Origin: Candidatus Kaiserbacteria bacterium
GTDB lineage: Bacteria; Patescibacteriota; Minisyncoccia; Phycocordibacterales; Phycocordibacteraceae
DNA length: 64,000 bases
Direction: 5' to 3'
Assembly (NCBI GenBank): GCA_027451665.1
Contig: DAIDIW010000005.1
Location: 2,955 to 66,954 of the forward strand
A program made the translations under genes and the position numbers. The notes beneath the pieces are model-generated. The model did not search any database and had not been told where the DNA came from. It saw only the letters and a program-made list of their open reading frames with translations. This document shows, piece after piece, positions 17,688 to 27,200 of this stretch; the first letter of the stretch is position 1; each line of letters opens with the position of its first letter.

Positions 17688-18528
17688 CACAGCGCTCGTC
17701 GCGTACGTACCGTCGCCGCACCGCGGCTATCTCGAATTCTTTCGCGCGCACAAAAGAAGCATTCTCTACCTCTTCGGGCAGTCCTTTATCGACGAGTTCT
17801 CCTCGCTCACACGCAATCTGCCAGGTGATGCGCCTGAGGAGGTGCAGACTATGGTGACGGCGCTCGGCATCTTCGCGGAAGTGCGCATCCTCACGAAGGG
17901 GAACATAGCGGAACTCTCTCAGTTTGCGAACATCGTGATGCCGGACGAAGATGTTGCGCACAAGGTGGCCGGAACCTATCTGTCGGGCGTCCCGGTCGTT
18001 TTTGACGGGTCATGGCGGCTCCGTTGGCACTGGGATGCGAGCGTGAAGAAAGAACGGCCGGTGGATGAGACCACCGTGTCCTCCGCTGCATTCGATCGCA
18101 AGATCATGCAGAAGGCGTACGCGGCGGCCGAAATGAGTTCCGATTGGTGGCGCCAGGCGGGTGCAGTGCTCGTGAAAGACGGAGAGCCGGTGCTTGCCGC
18201 GTATAACCGGCATCAACCATCAGAGCAGACGCCGTATCTCTATGGCGATCCGCGCAGCAATTTCGAGGCCGGTAAAAACATCGAGGTGTCTTCAGCGCTA
18301 CACGCTGAGATCGGGCTCCTCACCGAGGCGGCGCGGCGCGGCATGGCTACGGAGGGTGCCGATCTCTACGTGACCACGTTCCCGTGTCCGCCGTGCGCGT
18401 ATGCGTGCGCCAATAGCGGCATCAAACGTCTTTTCTATACGGAAGGGTATTCGCTTGTGGAGGGCAGCAACGCGCTTCGCGCACGCGGCGTCGAACTCAT
18501 CCGCATTGAGTCCGAGGACGCGAAGTAG
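17671..18528 (+). CDS. dCMP-deaminase-family protein with N-terminal extra domain
   Basis: HAE and TTFPCPPC Zn motifs in the C-terminal half; N-terminal YVPSPHRGY. Confidence 0.85.
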   Translation: MNSHPDTALVAYVPSPHRGYLEFFRAHKRSILYLFGQSFIDEFSSLTRNLPGDAPEEVQTMVTALGIFAEVRILTKGNIAELSQFANIVMPDEDVAHKVAGTYLSGVPVVFDGSWRLRWHWDASVKKERPVDETTVSSAAFDRKIMQKAYAAAEMSSDWWRQAGAVLVKDGEPVLAAYNRHQPSEQTPYLYGDPRSNFEAGKNIEVSSALHAEIGLLTEAARRGMATEGADLYVTTFPCPPCAYACANSGIKRLFYTEGYSLVEGSNALRARGVELIRIESEDAK

Positions 18529-18529
18529 T

Positions 18530-18994
18530 TCAAGCGCGCTTATATCCCGCTACGACCGTGATCGGCGTCGAAGCCTTCGTGCGTTTCGTCCCGACGATGA
18601 GCTGTGCATGTAGGTGTCGCACGGTGGCGCCAGTGTATGCGCTGTCGCCGGTGCGCATGGCGAGTGTAGCGCCTTTGAAGTCGTAGCGTTTGCGCAGTTT
18701 CGCGTAGGCGACCTGCAGATCTTTCAAGAGATCGGCGGGGCCGTCAGCGACCTCTTCGACATGGGGCCGCGCAATGAAGAGGAAGTGGTACTTTGTGCCC
18801 TCGTACGGCCAGGCATTCTCGGTGACGAGCCAGCGCTTCGTTTTGAATAGGAGCGGTTTGCGATGGTGCTTGAACAGGTGCTCCTCGCAGAACGGGCAGA
18901 AGCCGCCCGCCCGGATGGTCTCGAGGACGCCGCTATAATCATCACGTTTTGCCGCGCGTGCGCTCTCGACGTCTACGGTAGGTTTCTTCTTCAT
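18530..18994 (-). CDS. HIT-family nucleotide hydrolase/transferase
   Basis: CPFC, NAWPY, HLHAQ. Confidence 0.85.
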   Translation of the reverse strand: MKKKPTVDVESARAAKRDDYSGVLETIRAGGFCPFCEEHLFKHHRKPLLFKTKRWLVTENAWPYEGTKYHFLFIARPHVEEVADGPADLLKDLQVAYAKLRKRYDFKGATLAMRTGDSAYTGATVRHLHAQLIVGTKRTKASTPITVVAGYKRA

Positions 18995-18995
18995 G

Positions 18996-19868
18996 CTACG
19001 GGCGGTACGCGATCTTCATCGGCGGATGCGGATCATAGTCCTCGAGCGTGAAGTGCTCCGCGCGGAACGCGAAAAAATCCTTCACGTTCGGATCGAGCGT
19101 GAGCGTGGGGAAGGGTCGAGGGTCGCGCGTGATAAGCTCGCGCACCATGTCGATCTGGTCCTCGTAGATGTGCGCGTCAGCGATCGTGTGCACGTACGTA
19201 CCCGGTTCGTAGCCGGTCACCTGGCAGATCATGAGCATGAGCGCAGCGTACTGAATCATGTTCGATGGCACGCCGATCGGCATGTCGCCGGAACGTTGGT
19301 CCATGCGCATGTGGAGCTTGCCGTCGAGCACCCGGAAGTGGAGCCAGCCGTGGCACGGTGCCACGATAACCTTGCGCTGCGGTCCGCGCGCCGTGTAGTA
19401 GGGCTTCCAGGGGGTGACGAGCAGGGTCCGGATGGTCGGGTACTCCCGTATCTGTTCGATGAGCTGCTCGAATTGATTGAGTGTCCCGCCTTCAGGTATC
19501 TCGAAATCATGAAACGCTGCGCCATAGGATCCCGGGCCGAGGTCGTCTGGTTCGAGGCCGAATTTCGTGCCCTGTCCGCGGTAGTCGCCCCAGAAATTGC
19601 AGCCGAACTCCTCGAGCCCGTCTATCGTGCGTACGCCGTTTATGAATGCGGTTATCTCCGCGATTGGCTTCTTCCAAAATCCGATCTTGCGTTCGGTGAT
19701 GAGCGGTACGCCGTTGGCAAGATCGAAGACCATGGGCGGGAGGGTGCCGAAACTGGTGAGGGCGCCGACGCCCTGGGGTGTGTCCTTCGCGAGAATGCCG
19801 GTTTCGAGGATCTGTTTGAGCCGGTCTTGGTACTGCGTGTCGGGGGTGCGTTCGGCAAAAGGCTTCAT
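18996..19868 (-). CDS. thyA: Thymidylate synthase
   Basis: DLGPGSYG, APCH, QRSGDMPIGVPSN, DAHIYEDQ; start moved to ATG 19868. Confidence 0.95.
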   Translation of the reverse strand: MKPFAERTPDTQYQDRLKQILETGILAKDTPQGVGALTSFGTLPPMVFDLANGVPLITERKIGFWKKPIAEITAFINGVRTIDGLEEFGCNFWGDYRGQGTKFGLEPDDLGPGSYGAAFHDFEIPEGGTLNQFEQLIEQIREYPTIRTLLVTPWKPYYTARGPQRKVIVAPCHGWLHFRVLDGKLHMRMDQRSGDMPIGVPSNMIQYAALMLMICQVTGYEPGTYVHTIADAHIYEDQIDMVRELITRDPRPFPTLTLDPNVKDFFAFRAEHFTLEDYDPHPPMKIAYRP

Positions 19869-19913
19869 TACGGCCCATGATAGCCCGAGCGCGCACGGTG
19901 GTACAATCGGGGC

Positions 19914-20354
19914 GTGATACTCAAGGTCCAGAAGCTCCATCCGGACGCGGTCGTCCCGCCAAAGCCCTATACGGGGGATGCGGGCATCGACCTCTGTGCG
20001 GTCGAGGAGGTTGTAATCCCGGCGCGCAGCCATGCGCGCATACCGACCGGCATCGCGGTCGAGCTTCCGGAAGGTACCGCCGGGCTCATCTGGGATAAGA
20101 GCGGCGTCGCGAATCGCCAAGGACTCAAGGTCATGGGCGGCGTCATCGATGAGGGGTTCCGTGGCGAGCTCATCATGTGTTTGGCAAACCTCACCGATGC
20201 GCCGCAGACAATCATGAAGGGGCAAAAGGCGGCACAGATACTCGTGCAGAAGATCGAGCATGTCTCGATCGAGGAGGTGGCCGTGCTTGGCGAGACTGAA
20301 CGTGGCGCAAACGGCTGGGGCAGTTCCGGTACGCATCCGACGCGTATGATCTGA
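19914..20354 (+). CDS. dut: dUTP diphosphatase
   Basis: DAGIDL, KSG, GGVIDEGFRGE, RGANGWGSSG. Confidence 0.95.
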   Translation: MILKVQKLHPDAVVPPKPYTGDAGIDLCAVEEVVIPARSHARIPTGIAVELPEGTAGLIWDKSGVANRQGLKVMGGVIDEGFRGELIMCLANLTDAPQTIMKGQKAAQILVQKIEHVSIEEVAVLGETERGANGWGSSGTHPTRMI

Positions 20355-20400
20355 GCCCGTACATGGTGCGCCTTTAATAATAATGAGTAAACTCACGACC

Positions 20401-21651
20401 ATGTACGAATTTCTAAAGAAGCAGGACGAGGAGGTCTTCCAGGCGATCGAAGGAGAGGAGAAGCGGCAAGCGGAAGGGCTCGAGCTTATTCCCTCGGAGA
20501 ACTACGTGTCGCGCGCCGTGAAGGAGGCGATGGCGTCCTCGCTCACCAATAAGTATTCGGAAGGGTACCCCGGCAAGCGCTATTACGGCGGCCAAGAGTT
20601 TACCGACCAGGTTGAGCGTCTGGCGCAGGACCGAGCAAAGAAATTGTTTGGTGCAGCGTTTGCGAATGTGCAGCCCTTGGGCGGAGCAAATGCGAACATC
20701 GGCGCATACTTCGGACTGCTTGAGCCGGGCGATACGGTGCTCGGCATGGATCTGTCGCACGGCGGCCACCTCACCCACGGCCATCCGGTGACCTACATCA
20801 GCAAGATATTCAACTTCGTGCGCTACGGCATGAAGGACGTCGCGACAGGCGAGATTGACTATGATGCGCTTGCGGAGACTGCTAAGCGAGAGAAACCGAA
20901 AGTAGTGCTTGGCGGCTTTTCTGCGTACCCGCGCGAGCTTGATTGGAAGAAGATTTCGGACATTGCGCACTCGGTGGGTGCGGTAGCTATGGCCGACGTC
21001 GCGCATATTGCTGGCCTCATTGCCGGCGGTTCGCAGAAGAACCCGTTCGACTACGGCTTTGATGTAATGACTACAACCACGCACAAAACTTTGCGTGGCC
21101 CGCGCGGCGGCATGATTCTCGTGCGCGATTCAGAAGAAATAGCGAAGAAAATAGACAAAGCTATCTTCCCAGGGCTTCAGGGTGGTCCCCATATGCACCA
21201 GATAGCTGCGAAAGCCGTAGCGTTCGGCGAGGCGTTTCGTCCAAGCTTTAAGGACTACGCAAAACAGGTAGTGGAGAATGCAGCAGCGATGGCCGAGGTA
21301 TTCCAGGAGCACGGAGTGCGCATGATTACGGGCGGCACATCAAACCATCTCATTCTTGCCGACGTTTTCGGCTCTCTAGGTATTCCGGGCGGGGAAGCGG
21401 AGAAGCTTCTCGACGAAGCAGGTATTACGCTCAACAAAAATGCGATTGCAGACGACACGCGTAAGCCCATGGATCCGTCCGGCATCCGTTTCGGCACGCC
21501 CGCCATCACGACACGCGGATTTACCGAAGAGGACTGCCGCGAGGTGACGCGCCTCATGCTCAAAGTGTTAAAGACCAAGGACGCGAGCGCCGCACGTACC
21601 AAGATCAAAGCCCTTGCCGAGAAGCATCCGATTCCCGAGTCTTTCGCTTGA
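20401..21651 (+). CDS. glyA: Serine hydroxymethyltransferase
   Basis: LIPSENY, YSEGYPGKRYYGG, TTTHKTLRGPRGG. Confidence 0.97.
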   Translation: MYEFLKKQDEEVFQAIEGEEKRQAEGLELIPSENYVSRAVKEAMASSLTNKYSEGYPGKRYYGGQEFTDQVERLAQDRAKKLFGAAFANVQPLGGANANIGAYFGLLEPGDTVLGMDLSHGGHLTHGHPVTYISKIFNFVRYGMKDVATGEIDYDALAETAKREKPKVVLGGFSAYPRELDWKKISDIAHSVGAVAMADVAHIAGLIAGGSQKNPFDYGFDVMTTTTHKTLRGPRGGMILVRDSEEIAKKIDKAIFPGLQGGPHMHQIAAKAVAFGEAFRPSFKDYAKQVVENAAAMAEVFQEHGVRMITGGTSNHLILADVFGSLGIPGGEAEKLLDEAGITLNKNAIADDTRKPMDPSGIRFGTPAITTRGFTEEDCREVTRLMLKVLKTKDASAARTKIKALAEKHPIPESFA

Positions 21652-21748
21652 AATCCATTGGCATAAGAATAAAATTCTTATGCTCACTAAGCCGCGTACA
21701 CGCGGGGGTCGTGTTAGTGGTGCGTTTGTACATTAACAACTCAAGATT

Positions 21749-22036
21749 ATGGATCCCAAACAGATTCCCATCAAAGCTTCCGATGAAGCTGTGAAAGGTG
21801 TTTATGCCAATGGAATGAACCTGTGGTCTTCGGAAGAAGAGTTTTGTCTCGACTTCATTAGCGCTTTCCCTCCAGTTGGCGCCTTGACCGCTCGGGTCAT
21901 TACCAGTCCTGGGCACCTTAAGCGTATGGTGGACGTTCTCTCCAATGCCCTCAGGAAGTATGAGTCTGAGCACGGAGAGGTTGTTCCTGCAGAAGAGCCT
22001 GAAACCTCACAAATTGGTTTCGGCAAGCCCGAATAA
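21749..22036 (+). CDS. DUF3467-like small protein
   Basis: GVYAN...EEFCLDF...ARVITSPGHLKR. Confidence 0.75.
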   Translation: MDPKQIPIKASDEAVKGVYANGMNLWSSEEEFCLDFISAFPPVGALTARVITSPGHLKRMVDVLSNALRKYESEHGEVVPAEEPETSQIGFGKPE

Positions 22037-22223
22037 GATCCTGTAAAGGTTCAGGTGAGGTTCGGCACCAAACGAGCGATAGCCCCGCGCACGGCAACCG
22101 GAAGAAATCAGTAATGAAAGAAATAGAGGGGCCTCGCCGAAGTATCGACTCGCGATGCATCTCCCTCCTGACCTCAACGCCCGCCATACGGCGGGCGTTG
22201 GAATTTCTGGTATAGTCGCGGCA

Positions 22224-23873
22224 ATGGAGGAGAAGATTCGGAAGGCGATTGAGGATGTGCTTGAAAGCGCGGGAGTGGAGGGCGTGTCGTTCTCGGTGGA
22301 ACGGCCGGCTACGCTTGCACATGGCGATTATGCAACGAATGCCGCGATGGCTTCTGCAAAGAAGCTCGGGACGAATCCGCGCAAGCTAGCCGATGTTTTG
22401 GCAAAGCACATTCAGGACACGCTCGGCGCGGATGCCGAGCGTGTAGAGGTGGCCGGACCGGGATTCATAAACATCACGCTCTCGAAAGCTGCGGTATCGT
22501 TCGGCATAAGCGAAGCAGACGCGAAGGGCGAGGAGTGGGGCAGGGGTGAAGCAGAGAAAGGCAAGCGCGTCATCATCGAGTACTCGAATCCGAACGCCTT
22601 CAAGGAGATGCACGCGGGACATCTCGTGGGCACCATCATTGGCGAGTCGCTCTCACGCCTCATCGAGAACGAGGGCGCGACGGTCGTGCGTGATACGTTC
22701 GGCGGCGACGTCGGGCCGAATGTGGCCAAAGCGCTCTGGGCGCTTAGACAAGGTGGCGTCACTGAGCCCGAGAGCGCGAAGCAGATAGGCGAAGCGTACG
22801 CGAAGGGTGCGAAGGCGTATGAGGACGATCCGGAGGCGAAAGAGGAGATAGATGCACTCAACCAGGCAATCTACGCGGGCACGGATGAATCGGTCATGGA
22901 CCTCTGGCACCGCGGGCGAGAGATCTCGATGGAAGCATTCCGTCGCCTTTGGAAGTTACTCGACACGACGTTTGATTTCGAATTCTTCGACAGTGATACG
23001 GTCGATGTCGGCCTGCGCGTCGTGCGTGACGGACTCGAGAAGGGCATCTTCAAGGAAAGCGACGGTGCCATCATTTACGATGGCGAGACAAAAGGCGTGC
23101 ACACGATGGTCTTCATTACCTCGAAAGGCACGCCCACCTATGAAGCGAAGGACATTGGACTCGCGTTCCTGAAGGAGGAGCGCTGGCCTTCGGACAAGGT
23201 CATCATCCTGACTGGCAATGAGCAGACCGGTCGTTTCAGGACGGTGCTCGTCGCGCTTGGCGACATAAACGCCGGGCTCGCGGCGAAAATGAAGCACGTT
23301 ACGACGGGCTTCTTGCGTCTCACGAACGGCAAGATGAGCTCGCGTGAGGGAAACGTCATCACCGCCGAAGGGCTCCTCGCAGAAGTCATGGAACGCGCGG
23401 CAGCAAAAAGTGACGACCCGCTCATCACTGAGCAGGTAGCGGTGGGCGCCGTGAAGTTCATGGTGCTGCGGCAATCTCCGGGGGCAGATATCGTCTTCGA
23501 CTCGGAGAAATCGCTCTCGCTTACGGGCGATTCGGGCCCATATCTCCAGTATGCCCTCGTGCGGGCCGCGAAGATTCTTTCCTACGAATCGGAGGACGCC
23601 GGCGGCTCGAAAGAGCCCGAAGCGCCGTACGAGCTCGAACGACTCATCATCCATTATCCGGCAGTTGCCGCACGAGCGTCCAAGGAACTTGCGCCGAACC
23701 TCCTCGTGACGTATCTCCTCGAGCTCGCGGGGAAGTGGAACTCATTCTACGCAAGGGAGCAGGTGCTCGGGAGTCCGGAGGAGGCCTATAAGATGCGCAT
23801 GACGCGTGCGTTCGCGAACACGATGGCGAACGGGCTCCGGCTCCTCGGTATCCCCGCGCCGGAACGGATGTGA
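22224..23873 (+). CDS. argS: Arginine--tRNA ligase
   Basis: HGDYATN, AGPGFIN, HAGH, KMSSREG, GPYLQYA. Confidence 0.97.
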   Translation: MEEKIRKAIEDVLESAGVEGVSFSVERPATLAHGDYATNAAMASAKKLGTNPRKLADVLAKHIQDTLGADAERVEVAGPGFINITLSKAAVSFGISEADAKGEEWGRGEAEKGKRVIIEYSNPNAFKEMHAGHLVGTIIGESLSRLIENEGATVVRDTFGGDVGPNVAKALWALRQGGVTEPESAKQIGEAYAKGAKAYEDDPEAKEEIDALNQAIYAGTDESVMDLWHRGREISMEAFRRLWKLLDTTFDFEFFDSDTVDVGLRVVRDGLEKGIFKESDGAIIYDGETKGVHTMVFITSKGTPTYEAKDIGLAFLKEERWPSDKVIILTGNEQTGRFRTVLVALGDINAGLAAKMKHVTTGFLRLTNGKMSSREGNVITAEGLLAEVMERAAAKSDDPLITEQVAVGAVKFMVLRQSPGADIVFDSEKSLSLTGDSGPYLQYALVRAAKILSYESEDAGGSKEPEAPYELERLIIHYPAVAARASKELAPNLLVTYLLELAGKWNSFYAREQVLGSPEEAYKMRMTRAFANTMANGLRLLGIPAPERM

Positions 23874-23909
23874 TTTGCACGTACGTAGCGGACGCGCTAG
23901 CGTGAGAGA

Positions 23910-24235
23910 GGCAGTTCCTGCCGCAGTGGCGATGTATATTTGAAGGGGGTTTGCTTGACCTTAAAATTGACGCAACTTCAAGCTGCGCACGCAGCTTATT
24001 CGCATCACCTGCTCTTTGAGCTCGTCACAGATGCGCCGGAGACGACGGTAACGGATACACCGACCAAAACGCTCCCGACTGGCGTGCGATATAAGTGTGG
24101 AGGGATCCGTATCGGCCAACGGGAGCGGAAAGACTATCGACCAAGGCCGCATTGTCGGTGACACGAGGATGGGATGCAGAAGACAGCAGGGAGGGGAGCT
24201 CGATGCCGTGGCGTAGCCGCGGCATTTTCCTTTTT
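23910..24235 (+). ncRNA. Candidate structured RNA of unknown family
   Basis: TTGCAC-N17-TAGCGT promoter (23875-23903), nested stems, terminator at 24203-24235. Confidence 0.45.
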
Positions 24236-24262
24236 GGATGCTAAACGCTAGGATGACGGGAT

Positions 24263-27200
24263 ATGGCAAACACTGACGATAAAGGTGTCCACAAATCGGA
24301 TACGGCAAAGAAGGAAGAAGAGATACTCGGCTTCTGGAAACGCGAGAAGATTTTCGAGAAATCGCTCGCAAAGGCGTCGCCCTCAGGCGAATTCGTCTTT
24401 TATGATGGGCCGCCATTCGCTACCGGCTTGCCGCACTCCGGGTCCTTGCTCTCCTCCGTCTCGAAGGATGTGATTCCACGCTATAAGACCATGCGCGGCT
24501 ACAACGTGCGTCGTCGTTGGGGCTGGGATACGCACGGCCTGCCGATCGAGAATCTCGTCGAGAAAGAGCTCGGGCTTAAGAATAAGCGCGAGATCCTTTC
24601 TGTAGGTATTGAGAAGTTCAATGAGACTGCGCGTAGCATGGTGCTCGCGTACGTCCATGAGTGGAAGCGCTATATCGAGAGAGTGGGACGCTGGGTGGAT
24701 TTCGATAATTCATACAAGACGATGGACGCCTCGTTTACTGAAAGCGTCTGGTGGGCGCTCAAGAAAATACACGAGAAGGGCCGTCTCTATGAGGGACGCA
24801 AGGTGCTCATGTATTGTCCGCACTGCGAGACGCCGTTAGCCAAGGCGGAGATCGCGATGGATAACACCTACAAAGATGTGACCGAGGAGGCCGTCACGGT
24901 GAAGTTCAAAGTGAAGGAGCCGGAGAAGCACGGGCTTCCGCACGGTTCCTATATACTCGCTTGGACCACGACGCCTTGGACCTTGCCCGGGAACGTGGCG
25001 CTTGCCGTGGGTGCTGATATCCGCTACGACGTGCGGCATCGCGCGGACGGTTACGCGATCCTCGCAAAGGATCGCGTCGAGGCGCTTGGTCTCGAGCACG
25101 CAAATCTCGAGAAAGAGCTTTCGGGCGCGGAGTTGGTCGGCATCGAGTATGAGCCGCTGTATGCCCTCGATAGGGCGAAGGTCGCCGAAGGGGAGCGCGG
25201 CAAATTCGAGCACGCATACCGCGTGTACCCGGCTGGATTCGTGCATACGGAAGAGGGTACGGGCGTCGTCCATACCGCCGTCATCTACGGCGAAGACGAC
25301 TACCAGCTCGGCATGAAGGAGGGGTTGCCTATGGTGCCGCTCCTCTACCCGAATGCTACCTATAACGAGACCGCGCCCGCGTTCCTCCATGGGCAATACA
25401 TCAAGAAGGCCGAGCCCTTCATAAAGGAAGATCTTGAACGCCGCGGGCTGCTGTTCGCGAAGGCGCCGAATACGCATTCGTACCCGCACTGTTATCGTTG
25501 CGGTACGCCGCTCATCTATAATGCCGTTTCAAGCTGGTTCATCGACATCCAGGCAGTAAAGGCGCGCATGCTCTCGGAGAACGGCAAGGTGAACTGGATT
25601 CCCGAGCATCTGAAGCAAGGACGATTCGCGAAGCTCATCGAGAGCGCGCCTGACTGGACCATCTCGCGGAATCGTTTCTGGGCGAGTCCGCTACCTATCT
25701 GGAAGGATGCGAGCGGCAACGTCACGGTCATCGGTTCGCTCGATGAACTAAAAGCGTACGTGAAGAAGAGCGGAAATCGCTACATCGTGATGCGGCACGG
25801 GGAAGCAGAGAGCAACATCAAGGACGAGGCGAGCACTGATCCAGTGCGGCAACAGAGCAACCGCCTGACGGAGAAGGGAAAGGAAGAAGTGCGCGCCGCC
25901 ACCATGAAGCTCATGCGCGAGGGCGTCGAGCTCATCTACGTGTCTCCATTCGCGCGTACGCGCGAATCAGCCGAGATCGTGCGAGAAACGCTCGGGCTCC
26001 CGCCGGAAGCCGTGATCGAGGATAATCGCCTGCGAGAGATCGCGGTAGGCGCATTCGAGGGGAAGCCTAATAAGGAATACCGCGCCTTCTTCGCCTCTAT
26101 CGAGGAGCGATTCACGAAGCGACCTCCCGGTGGCGAGACGTTCGCTGATGTACGCCGCCGCATGGGTGAGGTTCTCTATGAGCTTGAAGAGCGGTACCAG
26201 GGTAAGAAGATACTCATTCTCTCGCATGGGGACCCGCTGTGGCTCCTTCAGATGGCCTCCATCGGGGCGCCGGCCGCCGAGGCTGAGCGATTTCCGTATC
26301 TCGCACCCGCGGGCGTGCAGGCGCTCGACTTCACGCCCATTCCGCACAATCGCGACTACGAGCTCGATTACCACCTGCCCTATCTCGACGAGGTGCGGCT
26401 CGAGAACGAGAAAGGCGAACCGCTCACGCGTATCCCTGAAGTGGTGGACTGCTGGGTGGAATCCGGATCCATGCCGTTCGCGGAGTATCACTACCCGATG
26501 GAGCATCGGCAAGAATTCGAAAAACGCTGGCCGGGCGATTTCGTATCAGAATACATCGGGCAGACGCGCGCCTGGTTCTACTACATGCACGCGATGTCGG
26601 TCTCAGTGTTTGATCGTCTGGCGTTTAAGAACGTGCTCACTACCGGCACTATCCTCGCCGCCGACGGCCAGAAGGTATCCAAATCGAAGAAGAACTATAC
26701 CGATCCGTACACACTCTTCGACGAATACGGCGCGGACGCGTTTCGGTATTACCTCATGTCCTCGGTCGTCATGCAGGCGGAAGATCTCGCTTTCCGCGAT
26801 GAGGACGTGAAGGACGCACACGCCCGCGTCGTGAACATGCTGCGCAACGTGGCATCGTTCTACGAGCTCTTCAAGACGGGCGATGCGCCGGCGAGCACGA
26901 GTACGCATCCGCTTGATCGCTGGATACTCACCCGCCTCAGCCAGACCGCCCGTGAGATGACCGAAGCGTTCGATCGCTACGACGTGGTCCATGCGACGCG
27001 CGCAATCCGTCCGTTCATTGATGATCTTTCGACGTGGTATGTCCGCCGTTCGCGCGACCGCATGCGCGGCGAAGATACGCCCGACAAGCGCGCGGCGCTC
27101 TCGGTCTTGCGGCATGTGCTGCGTGAATTCGCGAAGCTTGCGGCACCAGTGCTACCGTTCGTCGCCGAGGAGGTGTTCCGGGCGGTGCGCACCGAAGGGG

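Noticed and set aside
18993-19880. Long antisense ORFs (also 38218-39117, 39863-41017, 48509-49645, 57369-58337, 62746-63855)
   Set aside because: They lie opposite well-conserved genes, are expected from GC-rich codon bias, and show no motifs.
19869-20402. N-terminal extension of ThyA in the ORF track
   Set aside because: It is antisense to dut. ThyA has its own -10 and ATG at 19868. Similar over-extensions affect rplS, mscL, ftsK and tatD.
23910-24262. T-box riboswitch or tmRNA upstream of ileS
   Set aside because: No UGGNACC antiterminator bulge and no tRNA-like acceptor/T-arm; kept only as an unknown structured RNA.
25770-26345. Intein in IleRS
   Set aside because: No C/S...HN splice motifs; the insert is a histidine-phosphatase fold.
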